Positions 52,190-59,392 of a stretch of DNA of 59,392 nt are shown here, in pieces (within the stretch, counting starts at the first letter, position 1; the number at the start of each line of letters is the position of its first letter). Source of the DNA: Octopus bimaculoides (Eukaryota); assembly GCF_001194135.2 (NCBI RefSeq), contig NC_068982.1, forward strand, positions 94,986,640 to 95,046,031, read 5' to 3'. The position numbers and the translations under genes are program-made. Under the pieces are notes generated by a model. That model saw only the letters and a list, made by a program, of their open reading frames with translations. It was not told the DNA's origin and made no database searches.

Positions 52190-52575
52190 AAAGAAGCTTG
52201 CTTCTCAACCTCATGATTCCGGGTTCAGTCCCACTGCGTAGCAGCTTCGGCAAGTTTCTTCTACTATAGCCTCGGGCGGACCAAAGTCCTGTTTTCAGAT
52301 TTGATAAACGGAAATTGAATCAAGCCCGTTGTATGTGTGTCCGTGTCTGTGTTTGTGTATGTATGTGTATTTATTTGCGTATGTGTGTCTATTTTTCTCT
52401 CTCCACCATCGCTTGACAAATGATGCTGGTGTGTTTACCTTCCCATGAGTTAGCGTTTCGGCAAAAATGACCGATAGAATAAGTACTAAGCTTACAAAGA
52501 ATAAGTCTTGAGGTCGATATCTTCTACCAAATGTGGTGTTCCAGCATGGCCGCAGTGAAGTGACTAAAACAAGTA
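52190..52575 (+). mobile_element. SINE family B
   Basis: CCGGGTTCAGTCCCACTGCG...GGCAAG...CTACTATAGCCTCGGGCGGACCAAAG, collinear with 24898-25365; ends in (TACA)n. Confidence 0.8.
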
Positions 52576-52602
52576 AAGGAATAAAAGAATAGAATACATA
52601 CA

Positions 52603-52622
<20 letters not shown>

Positions 52623-52634
<12 letters not shown>

Positions 52635-52705
52635 AGAGGGATGGCCACTAAGTGGACATCCATAATGGATGTCCACTTAGTGGTCATCCCTCTTATATGT
52701 ATGTA
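52623..52705. repeat. 40-bp-arm hairpin or palindrome with 3-nt loop
   Basis: 52623-52662 pairs with 52666-52705 with a single G.T mismatch. Confidence 0.97.
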
Positions 52706-55254
52706 ATCTAATTTTTCTGAATCTTCAGATTTTTCAATATGCTAGGCCACTGGTTTTAAATTGATATTAATTAAATTAATACTCAATTTTTCACCCTTAT
52801 TATTTAAATTTACAGACATACATATGTATAAGTATATTTGTATGTATGTATATATTATTTTAACTAGACGTCACGGACATAAGAACTTCTGATAATTTCA
52901 GAATGAAATGACTTCGGGCAAGAGATGTTCGAAACCATTTGTGAGGTTGATGGTCCTTATTCAATCAACAAAGTCGCATTCTTTTGCTTAAAAATGACCA
53001 ATAACTTGCAAATTTTCCGCTCGATCTTGTGATGTGTGTGTGTGTGTGTGTATGTGCGCGTGCGTGCCTGTGTGTGTGTGTGAGCATTATGTGTGCACGT
53101 GTATGTATGTGTGTGTGTGTGAGCATTATGTGTGCACGTGTATCTGTGTGTGTGTGTCAACATGTATGTGTGCACGTGCACCAGGGGTCTCTAATTCATT
53201 TGGCCGCAGAGACAGCCAGTGTACGTCTGCCGTACCATATTAAATTTATGACGCACAGAGCACCCATCAGTAGATGGAAATCTTCCTTATTCACAAGGAA
53301 TATATTTCACATTCAAAGTGATTGAAGAGGTGATTGTAATTCTATAAAGAACTCCAAACAGTATTTAGCAGGTAATAATGCAAGATAGCTTAATATTTGT
53401 TCAATACATTGTAGGATAAGACTAATAAATATTACGTCAAGTAAACATCAATGTTACCAATTATAATCGACATGTGAGCGCTATAATTTTATAATTTATA
53501 TTGTTTATGAATGTAATTATATTTCAAAATCCTTTTTGAATTGCTGAAGCGGGGACAACTGATCCGTTTCTTTTAAGACCACTATTTTGAAATGTTTAAC
53601 AAGGTGGTCAAGCGAACTAATATGCTATTGACTTTGATTGCGCATCCTTTTTCTCACTTTTATATCCTGAGTTGGATTAGATGGATGTAATCACACATCT
53701 TTTATTATGCTACCCATCATTTCTACTATACAACAACAAGCTCACAGAATTAAGGTATCTTATGAATGTATAGATGCAATATACGTGTATATGAGTTTCA
53801 GGAATGTCATATGATAAATGCATTTTTTTTTCAGGAATAGCTACACTTGCTATAAATTTCTTTTTTTGCACTTGATATAAAATTAATGTAATATGGATAT
53901 GTTGTACGAAATGGAGAAATGAACTATACTCTGGTTTAAGGCCTTCTAAATCGAACCTAAAATATCTTTTAGATATATGTTTGAGCTAAATACCGGAACA
54001 GTCATAGATAGGAGACCATTGATCATACTTTTGCAATATGAATATATTTTATCAGATCTGTGAACAAAGGCGTACCAGATTTTAGTCAGGTGATCNNNNN
54101 NNNNNCAACAATAGCAACACGATTTAAGTGATTTAAAATTTTATCAATCAAATCTTTGTCCGTTGACTGGTTCCAAAGTACTTCTGGTAATTGGCCGAAT
54201 CCTATCTCCAATAGTTTATCATTTCAAAGGAAAATGATTTCTAACATTAGACCACATAATTTCAGAAAGAAGAAAGTCAAAGCCAGTCACGGTGTGAATC
54301 ACGCACACAAATACGCAACACATCCATAAATACACACACACTCGCGCATATTTATATTTATTAGTTTGAATTTTTGTCTGTGGGCGTATATTAAAAATTA
54401 TAATCGGTTAATTTAACTATAATTACTGAGCATTTTTTACCGTTAGACAATTGCTATTCTTGTCACCATTTTAACATCGCTGAAATTGCATCATATGCAC
54501 AAGATGCAGCATGAGAGATAACTTCTGGATTTCTATGAAGTGGAAACTTGTGTACATTTTATTTAAAAATTCGATTGTGAATATAATAATTAAATTTGTA
54601 AAACATAAAACTGAAGTAGAAAAGCTACAAGATTGAAATTGCTTGCTAATATAAAAAAAGATTAAAGAACCTAAAATATATAAAGAGAAAAATAAGATCT
54701 AATTTATAAAATGATAAAATAGAATAACGTAATATATAATGGTCTGTGGTAATTCGAAAATAAGTAACATAGTTCTCGAAATAGAGAATAAATGATTATT
54801 TAAGTAAACTAATGACCTGCCACATGTTAAAAAAAAATTGTAGTAATGTTGGCAATCTCAAAAGCTATTGAGCGGCAGCTCGATTAATCACTTTAGAATT
54901 TTGTAAATTGCAGACAGTAACCTGCATCGCGACGTATGAAGGGCTTTTTTAATTTTGTTTCACTAAGACACGGTCTGTATTTTTCTCGCTGTGCTCTACT
55001 TAGTCATTTTGCTCTATGTCGGTCGTTAGATATACTCCGAAATTACTGTAAATGTCTTTATTTTCTAAATGAGGTGACATGGGTAACATATCTTCGGCCA
55101 TCTTCATCTATTTTATTATTGAATGCATACCTGTACATGTAAATACATAGCCATGTAAAAAATGTCAACAAATGAATATATACACAACGACAAAGCGTTA
55201 ACTGATAAAGATCTATGTACTCGTACTGTAGTTTACAGATAGAAGGTCAGCAGT

Positions 55255-55370
55255 TGTGGGGGACGGGGTAATTCGATTACATCAATCCCATTGTTCAACT
55301 GATACTTATCTTATCGACCCCGAAAGGATGAAAAACAAAGTCGACCTCGGCGGAATATGAACTCAGAACG
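55255..55370 (-). mobile_element. SINE family A fragment lacking its head
   Basis: TTATCGACCCCGAAAGGATGAAAAACAAAGTCGACCTCGGCGGAATATGAACTCAGAAC, abutting (AAT)n. Confidence 0.85.
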
Positions 55371-55372
55371 CG

Positions 55373-55429
<57 letters not shown>

Positions 55430-55435
55430 TTAATA

Positions 55436-55531
<96 letters not shown>

Positions 55532-55534
<3 letters not shown>

Positions 55535-56519
55535 TCAATCTACCTAACAAATACGAAGAAGAAGAAGAAGAAACAACAAAAGCTATAAAACAAATGAAAT
55601 CCAAACTAAAACTAGAACAGCAACGGACCATGATAAAACGNNNNNNNNNNNNNNNNNNNNNNNNNNNNNNNNNNNNNNNNNNNNNNNNNNNNNNNNNNNN
55701 NNNNNNNNNNNNNNNNNNNNNNNNNNNNNNNNNNNNNNNNNNNNNNNNNNNNNNNNNNNNNNNNNNNNNNNNNNNNNNNNNNNNNNNNNNNNNNNNNNNN
55801 NNNNNNNNNNNNNNNNNNNNNNNNNNNNNNNNNNNNNNNNNNNNNNNNNNNNNNNNNNNNNNNNNNNNNNNNNNNNNNNNNNNNNNNNNNNNNNNNNNNN
55901 NNNNNNNNNNNNNNNNNNNNNNNNNNNNNNNNNNNNNNNNNNNNNNNNNNNNNNNNNNNNNNNNNNNNNNNNNNNNNNNNNNNNNNNNNNNNNNNNNNNN
56001 NNNNNNNNNNNNNNNNNNNNNNNNNNNNNNNNNNNNNNNNNNNNNNNNNNNNNNNNNNNNNNNNNNNNNNNNNNNNNNNNNNNNNNNNNNNNNNNNNNNN
56101 NNNNNNNNNNNNNNNNNNNNNNNNNNNNNNNNNNNNNNNNNNNNNNNNNNNNNNNNNNNNNNNNNNNNNNNNNNNNNNNNNNNNNNNNNNNNNNNNNNNN
56201 NNNNNNNNNNNNNNNNNNNACAAAGACCTGGAAATAGAGATAACTCGAATGTGGAATCTAAAAACAGAAACAATTCCTATCATAGTAGGTGCCTTAGGTA
56301 TAATAAAAAAATATTCAGACAAATACATAACAAAAACACCAGGACTTACAAATATATATAACATACAGAAAATTGCACTACTGGGTACTGCACACATTCT
56401 ACGCAAAACACTTTCAATACAGTAAACATAAGAGCACCACAGCAAACCACAGCACATACCCAAGGCGCACAGAGCTGCGCTCGGTAGTGAAGTGAAAGCA
56501 CGTTATAAAAATAAAACTA

Positions 56520-56522
<3 letters not shown>
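55532..56522 (+). mobile_element. 5'-truncated Dong/R4-like REL non-LTR retrotransposon flanked by (AAT)n
   Basis: 56222-56425 reads KDLEIEITRMWNLKTETIPIIVGALG...IQKIALLGTAHILRKTLSIQ*, the R4/Dong-type C-terminus; 5' piece KINLPNKYEEEE...MIK lies before the gap; (AAT)n at 55373-55531 and 56523-56570. Confidence 0.85.
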
Positions 56523-56571
<49 letters not shown>

Positions 56572-56689
56572 GCAATAACAATAACAATAACAATAATAAC
56601 TTTCTGGACCCGTGAAAAATTTACAGAAAATATAGCAAATGTAAGAATCTGTAAACATTGTACTGGTGTCATGGGAAATGTTTGTATAT

Positions 56690-56825
56690 TATGACCGTCT
56701 GTCTATACATTCTGAGTTCAAATTCTGCCGAGATCAATTTTGCCTTTCGGCCTTTCGGGGTCCATAAACTAAGCACCAGTTGTGTACTGGGGTTGATCTA
56801 GTCAACTGGTCCCCTCCTCATAAAA
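56690..56825 (+). mobile_element. SINE family A fragment
   Basis: TTCTGAGTTCAAATTCTGCCGAGATCAATTTTGCCTTTC...CTTTCGGGGTCCATAAACTAAGCACCAG. Confidence 0.8.
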
Positions 56826-56974
56826 GATTCAAGCCAAGAAAAGTATATTATGATGGTCACAGAATATAGAAAGTAATATAACACCAATGACTATATAATC
56901 CAACCAAAATATCTCAGTTGCACAAACGTAAACGGAATTACTATTTTACCTTAAAATACATCGTACATATTCAA

Positions 56975-58560
56975 AGAACCAGTGGAATGCGTCCATTCCA
57001 CAGAAAGGATGAATACGCGCTCCAGTCTGGTCAGACGTAAACCGAGTCAAGTTACGACGGATGTGTTGTAAGCATCCACCACCTCTTCCCAACCTAAAGA
57101 GATAGCTTTCTCTCAGCCCATTTCTCCGTGATATTAATTACCCTGCTCGTCATCTCATTCCAATACTTCTCCACCGGGAGATGCGTACCGAACCAGACTA
57201 CGAACATTTTAACAGGTTAGTATTTCGCATGGATCTGCCGCTACAGGTGCCGTGCTGCATGTCCACTGAATTCTCTTGGTTAACTTTTGCTCCTCTCACC
57301 ACCTCATATTCTTTTAGAGCAGTACCGATCATGTCTGTGTGCCTCATATTCAATATTATGGCTGTGATGTTGTCTGTATATGTTGACACGATTTTCCCAC
57401 CTCCAAGTCTGTGCGGGATGCCTTTCAACGTCTTCAATATCCGCAGTAATAACTATAGCGGCAGTACATATAGAAGAAAGGAGAGGGGACACCATCGATG
57501 GACAAGATGCTGTACTGTTCCAATAGGTTGCCACTCACTACCGAGCAGATGTCGCTGTGCATTGTAGCGATCCAACCTTAGCTCTGACAATGCATCCTTT
57601 GTGCTTAGCATTACGAAAAGGACTGATCACGCCGTGAGCACGTCGCTTAAGGTGCCTTTCCTAAGCGTCTCTTCTAACTTTCCAACTGTGCTTCTTTCTA
57701 TTATATTTCTTTCTATCACTAATGGATTCTACTCTAATTGCCATTTTCAGGCCAACCCACTATTTGCTGTTGACAATTGACCCGGTCAATGCCAATTAAC
57801 TAATTCGCTAATCCGGTCTCTGTATTCTTGTCACGTTGGGCGTGACGCTTTCAGTTTCCAGTATGAAGTCTAAGTCAACTGTGCAGGTTACAAGTTTGCG
57901 GTCTGTGTAATTGACGATTTTAAAATGTTGACAACTTATACTATCCTTATTTACCGGCACACAAAATACTCTATCTATATCCGACGCGGATGACCCGATG
58001 CAGTTTCTCCATGTCAAAACTGGCACATTCGAGAAATCAAGTTGGTACTTGTCAGTAGATTTATGAAGCTTTTGCACCCCATTCTTCAAACAGCTAATCC
58101 CCCACAGTCTAAACATGCGTTCTCAGAAAAAACATTTAAACGTGTATAGAAATCCAGTTGACTTGCTCCCTGTCGGAGTATAAACAGCCACCAGTCTAAA
58201 AGCACCCTCGTCGCTACTATTCAACTCCTGGGCCATAAATTTATTTCCTTGATCCAGGAAGATGGCCACTATCTTGAGATCCAGACCTCGCTGGAACAAC
58301 GCTGCAGTTCCACACCCAAATCCTGGTTGATATAGAGATAAGTAATTCTCGAATCCACTGAAAATGTGCACGAAAAATCGTCGGTCAGAGAGTCTGCTCT
58401 CAATGATAGCCACAATATCTATACTTAATGACCTGAGGGCAATAAGTAGGTGGCCTTGTTTCCAAGGCGACCCCATACCACGTACATTTATGCTACCTAA
58501 TCTGAGCAAGGCCATGTTGGACAAGGAAATAGAACGGAAAGAGCTGTTTACAGTGACTTT
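56975..58560 (-). mobile_element. Tx1/L1-like LINE ORF2 remnant (AP endonuclease plus internally deleted RT)
   Basis: LGSINVRG...IVAIIES...FRLVAVYTP, then LTWRN...IDRV...YTDRKLV (EN); WCPLSFLLY and VSTYTDNIT...GAKVNQENS (degenerate GCPLSP and YADD); YWNEMTSRV...KWAERKLSL. Confidence 0.85.
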
Positions 58561-59154
58561 CTAGGAGAAATGGGAATAGATGTTCCATCCCACTGGCCAG
58601 AATGGCGTTTTCCACGCGTAGTTCGTTATATAGACTTTTATTTATGTTTCTCCTGAAAGCCCCTACTCACTCGGGGTATTTGTCTATATGGCGTTATGTC
58701 TTTTGTGTTGCTTGGATGGTTTTTATGTGCGTAAGTATGTTAGATAATGGCGTCTGAGTGATATTTGTATGGTTGCGCATGTAAATCATTAGTACGTTAT
58801 TGGTCGTATTTATAGAAGTGTAGCTGATGTCTAATTTTTGTTCGTGTTAGGATACGTGATCTAACTGGTGTGCGTGTAAATTATAGACTGTGCTTGTAGT
58901 GGTGGTGTTTGTGCTAACGGTGGTGGCTGTGGCAGAGATGAGGATGATGTTCACGATGTTAGTGTAACTGTTGTTGAGGTAGAGTTTAAGCATTGTTTCT
59001 CAAAGGCATCTGCCCGTTTATTCGTATCTGCAAGTTTTGGGGAGTTTTTTTTTTTTTTTTTTTTTTTGTATGTATTGGTATTGATATGATTTTGGTCCTT
59101 TTTCCTTTCTTAGTCTTGTTAACAATTTGCCATTTAGACCCTATGACTGGTCCG

Positions 59155-59392
59155 AAAAGGGGAGAAGTATATCTCGGGAAGGTTTTTGGCGTTGTTTCGT
59201 TGAAATAGTCGTTTTTGTTTGGGCATTTTCTAGTGCTGCTGTCTATCTTTCTGTGCAATCCTATGATTACACAAATAAAACTGTTTTGAAATCTGCCTTT
59301 GAAACTTGAATTGCTATGGTAACGTAGACGACAACATTTTGAAAATAAAGCGTCATTGGTAACAAAAGGGGAGAAGTATATCTCGGGAAGGT
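59155..59392 (+). repeat. Exact 29-bp direct repeat, period 209 bp, cut off by the window end
   Basis: AAAAGGGGAGAAGTATATCTCGGGAAGGT at 59155-59183 and 59364-59392. Confidence 0.9.

Noticed and set aside
59155-59392. CRISPR array
   Set aside because: Only two repeats, a 180-bp spacer, eukaryotic context and no cas genes.

Overview
AT-rich, microsatellite-dense eukaryotic scaffold with ten N-gaps. The SINE families and (TA)n/(TG)n/(AG)n density suggest an octopus or other coleoid cephalopod; this is inferred, not searched. Only one host gene is well supported: an uninterrupted class A (rhodopsin-like) GPCR coding exon at 12635-13750 (+) behind a strong splice acceptor, with non-canonical TM6/TM7 motifs. 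The rest is mostly decayed mobile DNA: about 15 tRNA-derived SINEs from at least three families, mariner/Tc1/maT DNA transposons (one full-length mariner with TIRs and TA duplication), a Gypsy pol relic, Tx1/L1-like LINE pieces, a HERO-like and a Dong/R4-like REL retrotransposon, and Penelope-like element (PLE) fragments. The most notable items are a near-complete type I hammerhead ribozyme at 17854-17907, about 1.1 kb beyond a PLE GIY-YIG ORF and antisense to it; an R4/Dong element embedded in (AAT)n; and several long palindromes or foldbacks (40588-40904, 41031-41272, 52623-52705, 11596-11681). Most ORFs in the supplied track are microsatellite or N-gap artefacts. Element boundaries are approximate unless TIRs or stop codons are cited.
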